This document shows, piece by piece, positions 19,037 through 29,013 of a DNA stretch of 47,692 bases. Within the stretch, counting starts at the first letter, position 1; every line of letters starts with the position of its first letter. The notes under the pieces were generated by a model. That model saw only the letters and a list, made by a program, of their open reading frames with translations. It searched no databases and was not told the DNA's origin. This stretch comes from an uncultured Clostridia bacterium (GTDB taxonomy: Bacteria; Bacillota; Clostridia; Oscillospirales; CAG-272): the NCBI GenBank assembly GCA_945949385.1, contig CAMFEL010000003.1, forward strand, positions 1 through 47,692, read 5' to 3'. A program made the translations under genes and the position numbers.

Positions 19037-20167
19037 TCAGATAATATCGGAAAGCAGTTTTGCTTTCATCTCATTGAATTCTTCTTCGCTTATGAGTCCT
19101 GATTCTTTCATAATATTCAGTTTTTCGACTTTAGCTTTGAAAGTTGCCGTATCATCGGCAGGCTGAACTGTCGGTGTCTCTGCCGCGGCATTCATCGCAT
19201 CGTTTACGGCATTACCCACAACACCGCCGACAGCGCCGCCCACGCCAGCCATCGTACCGAGTCCGACACCCATATTGGTGAACTGACCGACCGCTTCGTT
19301 TTGTGCTACCTTTTCCGCAACATCAAAGCCGCGCTCCTGAGCGTATGTATAACCCTCCTGCGCCCGTTTTGTTGCCTGTGCCTGAGAATCTATCACTACC
19401 TTCTGAGCTTCTGTCTGTGCATATATCAAGTCGGTCTGCTGCCTTAACTTTGCTTCGGCAATATCCGCATACTGCCTGAAGTGCAGCTCCTTGAATTTTT
19501 CGTACTGTCTGTCTCCGTCGGGTTTTACAATTGTAGTAACGAAAAACCGTTCAAGCGCTATACCGTAATCGTCAAAATCGGGAATAAGGAGTTTATGTAT
19601 GTTTTCCGAGAACGCCGTCAGATTTTCATCGATCTCGAAAATATTGATTGCATTTGCCTTGATGACTTGCGCGATATAGGTTTTGACTCGCGTCATCAGG
19701 AAAGCGCGGAAAAAGGAAACAAGCTTCTGCTGACCGAGATGGTTTTCTGTTCCGACAAGCTTGACAAGAAGCTTACGGCTATCTTCTGCGCGAAGTGACA
19801 TCTCGCCGGATGCACCGATTGCAAGCGGGAATCCGTACTGCGGATCTATATACTGCACCTTGCTGTCGGTACCCCATTTGATTGACATTTGCTCGGTTTT
19901 GTTGATAAAGTATACTTCGCAATGAAACGGAGTTTTGTCACCGGTGGCGCGGTTTAACACTTTGCCTATTTTCGGAATATTCTGCGTTTCAAGGGTATAT
20001 CTGCCCGGTCCGAACAAATCAAGAGCCTGGCCGTTCATAAAGAAAATCGCTTCCTGAGATTCGTGAACTATCAGTTGTGTAAGACTGTTAAAGTCCTCGC
20101 ACGGATGCTTCCAGATAAATGTACTGTTATCTCCCTCATATTTTATAATCTCAGCTATCTGTGGCAT
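19037..20167 (-). CDS. SPFH/band-7 domain protein (YdjI-like) with C-terminal SHOCT domain
   Basis: LIVHESQEAIF, GPGRYTLET.NIP, PFHCEVYFIN, KWGT; C-terminal GLISEEEFNEMKAKLL. Confidence 0.88.
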   Translation of the reverse strand: MPQIAEIIKYEGDNSTFIWKHPCEDFNSLTQLIVHESQEAIFFMNGQALDLFGPGRYTLETQNIPKIGKVLNRATGDKTPFHCEVYFINKTEQMSIKWGTDSKVQYIDPQYGFPLAIGASGEMSLRAEDSRKLLVKLVGTENHLGQQKLVSFFRAFLMTRVKTYIAQVIKANAINIFEIDENLTAFSENIHKLLIPDFDDYGIALERFFVTTIVKPDGDRQYEKFKELHFRQYADIAEAKLRQQTDLIYAQTEAQKVVIDSQAQATKRAQEGYTYAQERGFDVAEKVAQNEAVGQFTNMGVGLGTMAGVGGAVGGVVGNAVNDAMNAAAETPTVQPADDTATFKAKVEKLNIMKESGLISEEEFNEMKAKLLSDII

Positions 20168-20192
20168 AATTTACCCTCCCTGACATTTTTAT

Positions 20193-20293
20193 TACATAAT
20201 CAGCATTATGTTGTAAACATACAAACATAATACCTATAAATATTTGTTACATTATATCACTATAAACAGAAAATGTAAATAGATTATGTCGAA
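20193..20293 (-). promoter_or_regulatory. Sigma-A promoter of the SPFH-TIR operon with repeated operator-like motif
   Basis: TTTACA (20279-20274), 17 bp, TG-a-TATAAT (20256-20251); near-palindrome ATTATGTTGTA-aaca-TACAAACATAAT at 20205-20231. Confidence 0.65.
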
Positions 20294-20571
20294 AAATTGG
20301 AAGGAAGTGGTATCGGTTATGGAGTAATTAAGCCCTATCTTTTATCGTTTTTTATGTTTAGAAAAGGCTTGTTTTTTCTACGCTGTTTTGAAGTGTATTT
20401 GTTATTTCTCAAAGAAGCTTTTGCTTGGATTACAACATAATTGTGATTATAACATAACCGCCTGAATTGGCGTTTTTCAGCATTGCATAGCCGTCTTTCA
20501 CCCGCAAAAAAACCGAAAAGCTGTCTACGGGATATATTTCATATCGTCTCAGTTCCCGTATGAAGATATAT

Positions 20572-20608
20572 AAAAAACCGTTTTGCTCATCCTGCAAAAC
20601 GGTTTTTT
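20572..20608 (-). terminator. Intrinsic terminator
   Basis: aaaaaaccgttttgc-tcatcct-gcaaaacggtttttt. Confidence 0.75.
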
Positions 20609-20609
20609 G

Positions 20610-21152
20610 TCAGTAATCTTTATTGTTTTTAATGTAATCCTTCAAATAACCGAAGGTTTCTCTTTCGCCCTTTTCCTCAAGCATTCGCAACAGCTTTTCA
20701 AGAAAATCCGAGGTTTCGGGGTGTATGACTCTTATGCTTTTTGAGTTCATAAAGTATTCCAGAGGGTCGGAGTTGGTATATTTGTCTCCCCGGTAGATTT
20801 TGCTTGCAGCCACTCTGTCGCAGAACATTTCCGCCACATACCTGAGCGGCATTTTCACAGGCTCCGTAAGTCTGGTGTAAGGATTGTAGTCCGTCCAGTA
20901 TTCAAAATGGTGGCGGTTACGCCCCTTATGGTGGAGCCACGCCTCGGAATACCCCTTTTCCAACCTTTCCGCCACATTGGGACTTCTGGTGCCCTGATAG
21001 TAGCGGGCGCCGGGGAAAAATTCGCGAGGAGAATATTTTGAAAGGTCGTGTCTCAGCCCCTGCCACAGTATTCCCGCTTTGGCGCAGTGGGCTATGACCC
21101 GGTGCCGGTGTTTGGTAATTGTCTTAAAGTGCTTGATGGGGTGCATTTTCAT
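20610..21152 (-). CDS. DUF5662 family (HD-like) protein
   Basis: HFKTITKHR, HDLSK, AWLHHKGRNRHHFEYW, EMFCDRVAASK. Confidence 0.85.
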   Translation of the reverse strand: MKMHPIKHFKTITKHRHRVIAHCAKAGILWQGLRHDLSKYSPREFFPGARYYQGTRSPNVAERLEKGYSEAWLHHKGRNRHHFEYWTDYNPYTRLTEPVKMPLRYVAEMFCDRVAASKIYRGDKYTNSDPLEYFMNSKSIRVIHPETSDFLEKLLRMLEEKGERETFGYLKDYIKNNKDY

Positions 21153-21205
21153 ATCCTTTCGGAATTACGGAGGGCGCCGCGGCGCTCCCGATTCATTTTC
21201 CCGCC

Positions 21206-22138
21206 TTACGCAGCCGTTACTCCCAAAAGCTCCAAAAACCACATAACGGCAGGTATGGTGACTACGGACAGCAGGGTACTGACGGCAAATATTTCCGACG
21301 CCCACAAACTGTTCTTACCGTAGGTATGGGCAAACATGGTGGTAATGGTGGCGCTGGGGCAGGCGGTGGCTATCATTACTATGGAAATTATCATAGGGTC
21401 CACTCCCACGGCGGTCAGCTTGAAAAGCGCAAGACAGCACAGCGCGGGTATGACAATAAGCCGCATGGCGCACACAAAGTACAGCTTTGGCTTTTTCAGG
21501 CATTTCAGAAGATTTGTGCCCGCCAAAGTTGAGCCGGCTACCAGCATGGCAAGAGGCGTGTTCATTCCTCCCACCGTATTCAGCGGCTGAGCGATTATAT
21601 CCGGAATGGTTATGCGGCAGAAATAGAAGATAAGTCCTAAAATCACGCTTATGACCGCGGGGGTGCAAAGATTTTTCAAAGTCTCTTTGAAAGACACCTT
21701 GCCCGTCATAAGAGCTACGCCGTAAGTCCAAACAAGTATATTGAATACCGTAATGAACATGGTCAGATATATGACGCCGCTTTTGCCGAACACGCTTTCC
21801 ACCAGCGGGATGCCGATGAAACCGCTGTTGGAAAAGATGATGGACAGGCGCTCTATGGCGTATTCCTTGCTTTTCTTCGGAACGGTTAGGGTGGCAACGG
21901 CTATCTGAATTGCAAAAATCGCCACGGAAATACCCAGGGTTATAAGCAGATTTTTTGATATTTCCGATGAATACTCGCTCTGATACGACATAAATGTCAG
22001 CAGCGGGTTTACAAGCCACAGGGACAGCTTTGACAGCTTTTTATTGCCGTCGGGGTCTATAAGTCCCACCTTGCCGCACAGAAATCCCACTGCTATCATT
22101 ATAAACATAATGATAATTTTTTGCTGTATAATACTCAT
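21206..22138 (-). CDS. AEC (auxin efflux carrier/malate permease) family transporter
   Basis: About 10 TM helices, FSNSGFIGIP, PLAMLVAG, CPSA and STLLSVVTIP motifs. Confidence 0.9.
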   Translation of the reverse strand: MSIIQQKIIIMFIMIAVGFLCGKVGLIDPDGNKKLSKLSLWLVNPLLTFMSYQSEYSSEISKNLLITLGISVAIFAIQIAVATLTVPKKSKEYAIERLSIIFSNSGFIGIPLVESVFGKSGVIYLTMFITVFNILVWTYGVALMTGKVSFKETLKNLCTPAVISVILGLIFYFCRITIPDIIAQPLNTVGGMNTPLAMLVAGSTLAGTNLLKCLKKPKLYFVCAMRLIVIPALCCLALFKLTAVGVDPMIISIVMIATACPSATITTMFAHTYGKNSLWASEIFAVSTLLSVVTIPAVMWFLELLGVTAA

Positions 22139-24246
22139 TTGGCTTTAATTTCCACCATATAAAGTTTTCCGGCGGCACCGGGCACCGTTACGGTACCCTT
22201 CTCCGTCATTTCTCCGTCACCCACGGTGCTGCCGCCCTCATCGGTCACCTTCCATGTATGGGCGCGGCTGTCGGTGAAGAACGAAAGGTCAAAGGGAATC
22301 TCCGCGTCCTCGTGCGCCTGCTTGTAGACAACCATAAGGAAGTTCTTATTCTCACGGTCAAAATAGCCCGTAACGCGGCAGGGCACATCGCCGCAAACGG
22401 CGGTGTCGGAAATCATAAGTCCGTCAGCAAAATAGGAAAGATACTGACGCCTGAGCGCTGCGCAGGTCTTGACCGCCTCGGAAAACTCGGGGTACTCGGA
22501 AATAAGCGCGCTGCCGTTATAGGTCTCCGGCTTTGAGGGGTACACATTCATCATCAGATTGTCCATGAAAATGAATTTGACATTTTCCGGTGTGGAGTCC
22601 ACATTCATATTGGGTCTCAGCGTCTCAACTATGTGCATATAAGGACGGTAATCGCCTCTGCCCGGCCAGTAGAGCCAGTTCCAGGTAAAGTCCGTGTTGT
22701 CGATGTCGGACTCGTAGTACAGGGTGCATTCCGAGGAGAACGCCGTGCCGGGGTACATTTTTTCAGTTTCAAGACGGTATTCGTTGATAATATCGTGCAG
22801 TACATCGTTGCGATCGTCGCCCAGCACATACTGATCCCAGCATATGTCGGGACAGCCCAGCTCGTCGCGGATAAAGCGCATGCCATCAAGAATATCCTTC
22901 TGCCAGCGCTTGTCGGAATGGTCATGAAGCTGATAGCAGCTCCAGCGCTTGCAGTAAGGCGCGGCAAACATGGGAGTGGAGCGGGGTGTCTCCGCCCAGG
23001 AGCCGCTGCGCTCCTCAATTCCGTAGTTCCGTGCGGTTTCGTCCCATGCGGACACCCATGAAACGAGAGGGGTCACGGTGACGCCCATTTCGTGCAGCTT
23101 ATCTATATTCTTTTTGCAGTTCTCAAAGCCGCCCCACTCTTTATGGAAGCAGTCCTTGCCGAAAGGCAGGGTGTAGTTGAACAGAGTCCAGGCGTTAAGG
23201 TCATAAATGCCGTGCTCCTTCATATCCTCGGCAACCTTGGGCAGATCGTCATAGTTCCAACTGTAATCGGTGGGGTCCTTCAGATACCCGTTGTTCATAA
23301 AGATGGTCCGAAATCCCAGCATTTCCTTTACGCGGCGCGGAACGGGCACCACTCTGTGCCTGTTCTGTTCCACAAAAGCCTTGTAGGCGCCTACGCCGTG
23401 TATCCAGTTGCCATTGTGCGCCGTAAGCACATATTCGCCGGAGTCGTATTCCCCGCCCGGCTCTACATTGGGATAGTGAACGGAGGCAATCCGCACTTTA
23501 GATGTAAGATTATCGTATTTTACCCACAGCACCTCGCTGTAACCCATCATGTCGGCACCCTGTTTCGGCTGACGGTCGGGTCCCCAGCCCCAATGACGGC
23601 GGTACATTGAAAATCCGCCCGCACGGGAGCCCATATCGTACCAGCGTCCTACCAGAGGATCCTGCTGAAAGCCGCCTGCGTGATAAAACCTGCCGGTATT
23701 GGCTTCTGTCCACGCAAAGAAGGTCTCGCGGGAGCGGGGGGTGCTCTTCATTTCCGTAAAGGGATTGCAGGAGCCCGCCATCATGGTAAGGCGCGCGTGC
23801 CCCTCGTCCATGGTGGGAACGATACCGTTCATATCGGGGAAAAGCACCTGCTCTACGGCAGCGCCCGAATTATTTTTAAGCTTCAGACGCATGGCCACGG
23901 ATTTTTTATCTTCATCCGCCCTGAGAATAAGCTCAGCCATTATACCGCCCTCAAATTCCTGAACGCCCGCAGGGTCCATGGTACAGGGGACGACGGAATA
24001 TGTGACGGTGAGAACACTCCCGTCAAAATCAAAGCTCGGCGGGCATTTCATATATGTGCCTGCGGGCGTCGCTCTCTGTATATCGTAGTCGTTATGTACC
24101 GGCCACGCAAGATCGAAAAGTCCCCGTCCGCCGATGATCATCGGTGTAACACCGGGGTACTCCAGACTGTCAAGGGCGCCCGTGCTTTTGTCAAAGGTGA
24201 AAACAGTACCGTTAAGGGTGTAGCTTACATTATCCATCATAATCAT
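22135..24246 (-). CDS. Hypothetical protein, possibly a glycoside hydrolase-like TIM barrel (DUF6259-like)
   Basis: 703 aa, Trp/Tyr-rich; N-terminal beta-rich region, then WGG..LHEMGV.V and WDQ segments reminiscent of GH36-type barrels. Confidence 0.55.
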   Translation of the reverse strand: MIMMDNVSYTLNGTVFTFDKSTGALDSLEYPGVTPMIIGGRGLFDLAWPVHNDYDIQRATPAGTYMKCPPSFDFDGSVLTVTYSVVPCTMDPAGVQEFEGGIMAELILRADEDKKSVAMRLKLKNNSGAAVEQVLFPDMNGIVPTMDEGHARLTMMAGSCNPFTEMKSTPRSRETFFAWTEANTGRFYHAGGFQQDPLVGRWYDMGSRAGGFSMYRRHWGWGPDRQPKQGADMMGYSEVLWVKYDNLTSKVRIASVHYPNVEPGGEYDSGEYVLTAHNGNWIHGVGAYKAFVEQNRHRVVPVPRRVKEMLGFRTIFMNNGYLKDPTDYSWNYDDLPKVAEDMKEHGIYDLNAWTLFNYTLPFGKDCFHKEWGGFENCKKNIDKLHEMGVTVTPLVSWVSAWDETARNYGIEERSGSWAETPRSTPMFAAPYCKRWSCYQLHDHSDKRWQKDILDGMRFIRDELGCPDICWDQYVLGDDRNDVLHDIINEYRLETEKMYPGTAFSSECTLYYESDIDNTDFTWNWLYWPGRGDYRPYMHIVETLRPNMNVDSTPENVKFIFMDNLMMNVYPSKPETYNGSALISEYPEFSEAVKTCAALRRQYLSYFADGLMISDTAVCGDVPCRVTGYFDRENKNFLMVVYKQAHEDAEIPFDLSFFTDSRAHTWKVTDEGGSTVGDGEMTEKGTVTVPGAAGKLYMVEIKAK

Positions 24247-24503
24247 TGCCTTTCCGGCTGTGCCAGCCGTTTTGAAGTCAAGAAAAAGTCACAATGATAC
24301 TTTACCAAAGTTTTGCGCATTTATCAAGTAGGTACGGCGCAATTCCGGGCTCTGTGCTCACTTTTTTTCGCGCCGTCTTCCAAAAATCGGAAAAATATGC
24401 TACAATATATGCAGTATTATATAAATGTGCCGTATACAGCCGCGACGGCGCCGTATTTCCGGCAAAAGCGCGGCGGAAAACATAAAGAAAAAGGAGGGTC
24501 TTT

Positions 24504-26645
24504 ATGGCTGTGACCCTTGCTTCACCGGTCACGGAGCTGAGAGGAATAGGCAGTGCGAAAGCGGCGTCGCTTGCAAAGCTGGGCGTAAAAGCCGTAGGCG
24601 ATCTTCTGCGCCTTTATCCCCGCGCATATCAGAATCGGGGAGATGTTCACACCGTTGCCGAAGTCGGCGAAGCGTGCCGCCGTTCCCAGTCTCCGCCTCC
24701 CGTATCCCTTGAGCTGACGGTCTCGTCGGAGCCGAAGCTGGCGGTTATACGGCGGGGTATGAGCATTACCCGCTTCAAGGCCTTTGACGAAACCGGCGTT
24801 GTGGAGATATCCTACTTTAACCAGCCCTTTATGAAAAATGTATTTCATACGGGCGCTGTCTTCCGCTTCTGGGGCAGAGTGGAGCTTCGCGGAGGCAGGC
24901 TGACCATGGCAAATCCCGTGCAGGAGGCTGTGACCGAGGGCACACCGCTTTTGCCTATCGTGCCGGTATACCCTTTGGCGTCGGGACTTCGGCAAAAGCT
25001 TATGCAGTCCCTTATCCGGGAGGCTCTGAGCGCGGCAAATACGGAGATTTGCGACCATATACCGCCGTCGGTGCTTCGCCGCTGCGGACTTTGCTCTCTT
25101 TCATACGCAATAAAAAACATACATTTTCCCGACAGCATACAGTCCCTTGACAGCGCACGCCGCCGTATGGCATTTGATGAGGTGTTTACCGTATCCTCCG
25201 CCATGTGCAGTGCTAAGCTTGCGAAAAAATCGGGAGGCGCTCCCATTATCAAAGCGGATGTTTCCCCGCTTATGAAGCTTTTCAGGTTCGAGCTGACGGG
25301 AGCGCAGAAGCGCTGTGTTTCGGAAATACTCGGGGATATGTCCTCGGGCGCGCCTATGAGCCGCATACTGTGCGGCGATGTGGGCAGCGGTAAGACCGCG
25401 GTAGCGGCTCTGGCAGCCTACGCGGCGGCAGCGTCGGGCTATCAGTGTGCGCTGATGGCTCCCACCGAAATACTGGCAAAGCAGCACTATGCCCAGCTTT
25501 CGCCCATGTTTTTTGCACTGGGTCTTGGCTGTGTTCTGCTGTGCGGCTCCCTTACTGCCGCCGAGAAAAAGAAAATACAGGCATCCCTGTCCTCCCCCGA
25601 CGCTCCCATGCTTGTCATCGGCACCCACGCTCTTCTCAGCGAGGGGGTGGAATTCCGCCGTCTGGGTCTGGTAATCACGGACGAGCAGCACCGATTCGGC
25701 GTTAATCAAAGAGCGGCGCTGAGGCGCAAATCCCAAGGAGCTCACAATCTTGTCATGAGCGCAACGCCCATTCCGCGTACTCTGTCTCTTGTCATATACG
25801 GCGATCTTGATGTGTCCCGCCTTGACGAAATGCCTCCCGGCAGGCAGAAGGTCTCCACCTTTAAGGTAGACGAGAGCTACCGCCGGCGACTTCTGGGCTT
25901 TGTACGCAAGCAGGCGCAGGAGGGGCACCGCACCTATGTAGTTTGCCCGTCAATTGAAGAAAAGCCGAAGCAGGCGGAGGACGCGGAGGAGCTTTACGAC
26001 ATTAGCTTCCTTGCGCCGGAGGAGGAAGAGCCGCCAATGAAAGCCGCCGTAAGCTACGCAAAAGAGCTTTCGGAAAAGCTGCCGGATCTTAAAATAGGCT
26101 TTATTCACGGAAAAATGAAAACCGCGGAGAAAGACGCCGCCATGGCATCCTTTGCCGCGGGAGATACAGATGTGCTTGTATCCACCACCGTTATTGAGGT
26201 GGGAGTGGGTGTGCCCGAAGCAACGCTTATGGTGGTGGAAAACGCGGAGCGCTTCGGACTGTCTCAGCTTCATCAGTTAAGAGGCCGCGTGGGCAGAGGA
26301 AAGGCAAAATCCTGGTGTATACTGGTTTCGGACACCGAAAACGAGTCTTCCCTGCGCCGCCTCGATGTAATGTGCCGTGAAAACGACGGCTTTAAGGTTG
26401 CGGAGGAAGACCTCAGGCTGCGGGGTCCCGGTGACTTCTTCTCTCGCGGGGGAGAATTCCGTCAGCACGGCAGCGCTGATATGCGCTTTGCCGCGGAGGT
26501 CACGGACACCCGCCTTACGGAGCAGGCTGTGGAATGTGCAACGGAGGTCTGCACCGCCGACCCGCGCTTTGAAAAAGAGGAGGATCTCGCCCTGGGCGCC
26601 GTTGTCCGCAAAATGCTGGAGGAATCCGAAGATACGGTGAGCTGA
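24504..26645 (+). CDS. recG: ATP-dependent DNA helicase RecG
   Basis: GDVGSGKT, DEQHRFG, MSATPIPRTL, HQLRGRVGR, DLRLRGPG. Confidence 0.97.
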   Translation: MAVTLASPVTELRGIGSAKAASLAKLGVKAVGDLLRLYPRAYQNRGDVHTVAEVGEACRRSQSPPPVSLELTVSSEPKLAVIRRGMSITRFKAFDETGVVEISYFNQPFMKNVFHTGAVFRFWGRVELRGGRLTMANPVQEAVTEGTPLLPIVPVYPLASGLRQKLMQSLIREALSAANTEICDHIPPSVLRRCGLCSLSYAIKNIHFPDSIQSLDSARRRMAFDEVFTVSSAMCSAKLAKKSGGAPIIKADVSPLMKLFRFELTGAQKRCVSEILGDMSSGAPMSRILCGDVGSGKTAVAALAAYAAAASGYQCALMAPTEILAKQHYAQLSPMFFALGLGCVLLCGSLTAAEKKKIQASLSSPDAPMLVIGTHALLSEGVEFRRLGLVITDEQHRFGVNQRAALRRKSQGAHNLVMSATPIPRTLSLVIYGDLDVSRLDEMPPGRQKVSTFKVDESYRRRLLGFVRKQAQEGHRTYVVCPSIEEKPKQAEDAEELYDISFLAPEEEEPPMKAAVSYAKELSEKLPDLKIGFIHGKMKTAEKDAAMASFAAGDTDVLVSTTVIEVGVGVPEATLMVVENAERFGLSQLHQLRGRVGRGKAKSWCILVSDTENESSLRRLDVMCRENDGFKVAEEDLRLRGPGDFFSRGGEFRQHGSADMRFAAEVTDTRLTEQAVECATEVCTADPRFEKEEDLALGAVVRKMLEESEDTVS

Positions 26646-26690
26646 AATAAATCTCAAAAAGAACCGCACCCAATTTCTGCAAAAATACTG

Positions 26691-26728
26691 TACAAAAACA
26701 GCCGCCCCGCAGGACGGCTGTTTTTGTA
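26691..26728. terminator. Bidirectional terminator between recG and tpiA
   Basis: tacaaaaacagccg...cggctgtttttgta. Confidence 0.75.
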
Positions 26729-26755
26729 TGTTTAAGCATTTATGCCTTCAATCGC

Positions 26756-27523
26756 TTACTGCGCCGCAGACACGATCTTGTCAAACTTTTCGGGAACAAG
26801 GGACGCGCCGCCGATAAGTCCGCCGTCAACATGATACTTGGACAGAAGCTCCGCAGCGTTGCCATCGTTCATGCTTCCGCCGTACTGAATGGTAACGGAC
26901 TCGGCAGTATCCTTGCCGTAAAGCCCTTCAAGCACACCGCGGATAATTCCGCAGGCCTCGTCAGCCTGCTCGGGAGTTGCGGTAAGCCCGGTGCCGATTG
27001 CCCATACGGGCTCATATGCGATGATGATATTTTTCATATCCTCTGCGCCGACGCCTGCAAGGTCAAGCTTTGTCTGCATGGAGACTATCTCCTCGGTAAT
27101 ACCGCTCTGTCTCTCTTCAAGCACCTCGCCTACGCAAAGGATGACCTTAAGTCCTGCCGCAAGGGCAGCCTTCAGTCTCTTGTTTACGGTCTCGTCGGTC
27201 TCGCCGAAATACTGTCTTCTTTCGCTGTGGCCGATGATAACATACTCGGCGCCGCATTCCAGCAGCATAGCCGCAGAAATCTCTCCGGTATATGCGCCCT
27301 TTGCCTCAAAATGCACATTCTGCGCGCCGATTTTTACATGAGTACCCTTTGCTGCCTCAACAGCGGGAGCAATGTCCACAAAGGGAACGCAGAGAATCAC
27401 GTCGCAGCCGTTCTTGCCCTCGGTAAGCTCTGCGGTCTTTTTTACTGCCGCCACAGCCTCGGAGGGGGTCATATTCATTTTCCAGTTGCCGGCGATTACC
27501 GCCTTGCGTGTAGCCTTGTTCAT
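26756..27523 (-). CDS. tpiA: Triose-phosphate isomerase
   Basis: AGNWKMN, GHSERR, AYEPVWAIGTG, YGGS, GGASL. Confidence 0.98.
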   Translation of the reverse strand: MNKATRKAVIAGNWKMNMTPSEAVAAVKKTAELTEGKNGCDVILCVPFVDIAPAVEAAKGTHVKIGAQNVHFEAKGAYTGEISAAMLLECGAEYVIIGHSERRQYFGETDETVNKRLKAALAAGLKVILCVGEVLEERQSGITEEIVSMQTKLDLAGVGAEDMKNIIIAYEPVWAIGTGLTATPEQADEACGIIRGVLEGLYGKDTAESVTIQYGGSMNDGNAAELLSKYHVDGGLIGGASLVPEKFDKIVSAAQ

Positions 27524-27603
27524 ATCAATACACCTCGGTTTTTGATTTTTTCAAGTATAAGGCGGACGGCAACAAGGCCGTCCGCCGTCTTTTGTTTTTC
27601 GGA

Positions 27604-28791
27604 TTACTTGTCCTGCAGACAAGCAATGCCGGGAAGTTCAAGTCCCTCAAGGAATTCCAGAGAAGCACCGCCGCCGGTGGAAATGTGAGTCATCTTGTCG
27701 GCATATCCCAGAGCCTCAACAGCAGCCGCAGAGTCGCCGCCTCCGATAATGGAAACAGAGCCGGACTCAGCCACAGCCTTTGCTACGCTGCGGGTACCGG
27801 AAGCAAAGTTCTCCCACTCGGAAACGCCCATAGGTCCGTTCCATACCACAGTGCCTGCGCCTGCGATAGTCTTTGCAAACAGCTCCTGAGTCTTTTCGCC
27901 GATGTCAAGTCCCATCCAGCCGTCGGGAATGGAATCGGAATAAATTCTCATAAAGGTGGTGTCTTCCTTGTACTCGCGTCCGATAACGTTATCAACGGGA
28001 AGCAGGAAGTTTACGCCCTTTTCTCTTGCCTTTTTGAGAAGGTCAAGAGCCAGGTCAAGCTTGTCGTTCTCGCAGATGGAGGTGCCGATGTCGTTGCCCA
28101 GTGCGCGGAAGAAGGTATATGCCATACCGCCGCCGATAATAAGGGTGTCGCACTTGTCGATAAGGTTGTTGATAACGCCGATCTTGTCGGATACCTTAGC
28201 GCCGCCCAGAATTGCCACAAAGGGACGGGCGGGATCAGCCAGCGCCTTGCCCATGATCTCAACCTCCTTGCGGATAAGGAAGCCGCATACTGCGGGCAGA
28301 TAGTCTGCAACGCCTGCGGTGGAAGCGTGAGCGCGGTGAGCGGTGCCGAACGCGTCGTTTACGAAGATCTCTGCCATGGAAGCAAGCTCTTTTGCAAAAG
28401 CGGGATCGTTCTTTTCCTCTTCTGCGTGGAAACGGACATTTTCGATAAGCATTGCCTCGCCGGACTTAAGAGCGGCAGCCTTTGCCTTTGCGTCGGGTCC
28501 CACAACATCTGCGGCAAGAACAACTTCCTTGCCCAGAAGCTCGGAAAGTCTCTTTGCTACGGGAGCAAGAGAATACTTCATATTGAACTCGCCCTTGGGT
28601 CTGCCCATATGAGAGCAAAGGATAACGGCAGCGCCGTGCTCCATCAGGTATTTAATCGTAGGAAGCGCGCCGACTATTCTCTTGTCGTCGGTAATAACTC
28701 CGTCCTTCATAGGAACATTGAAATCGCATCTTACAAGAACCTTCTTGCCGGCAACATCAATGTCTTCAACTGATTTCTTGTTGTAAGTCAT
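27604..28791 (-). CDS. pgk: Phosphoglycerate kinase
   Basis: [42 protein letters not shown]. Confidence 0.98.
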   Translation of the reverse strand: MTYNKKSVEDIDVAGKKVLVRCDFNVPMKDGVITDDKRIVGALPTIKYLMEHGAAVILCSHMGRPKGEFNMKYSLAPVAKRLSELLGKEVVLAADVVGPDAKAKAAALKSGEAMLIENVRFHAEEEKNDPAFAKELASMAEIFVNDAFGTAHRAHASTAGVADYLPAVCGFLIRKEVEIMGKALADPARPFVAILGGAKVSDKIGVINNLIDKCDTLIIGGGMAYTFFRALGNDIGTSICENDKLDLALDLLKKAREKGVNFLLPVDNVIGREYKEDTTFMRIYSDSIPDGWMGLDIGEKTQELFAKTIAGAGTVVWNGPMGVSEWENFASGTRSVAKAVAESGSVSIIGGGDSAAAVEALGYADKMTHISTGGGASLEFLEGLELPGIACLQDK

Positions 28792-29013
28792 TCTTTTATA
28801 TCCTTTCGTATTAGTAACCGGTATAACGGCTTTTCCTATTTAACCAATTTATAATATACCATATTATTCCCGTCTTTACAAGAATTTTTTCAAAAAAAGC
28901 CTCTCAGCAGAAAAGTTCTCCGCCTTCGTACATACTGTACGGAGGCGGAGACGAAAAATTGGATGTTTTGACAGATGAAAGCTGCTGCCGTTTCCTGTTA
29001 AAAAGCCGCGCTT

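Noticed and set aside
15040-20570. Integrative element boundaries around the TIR operon
   Set aside because: No integrase, transposase or flanking direct repeat could be found; foreign origin rests on base composition only
26831-28773. Long plus-strand ORFs of 285 and 393 aa
   Set aside because: Antisense shadows of tpiA and pgk, explained by strong codon bias
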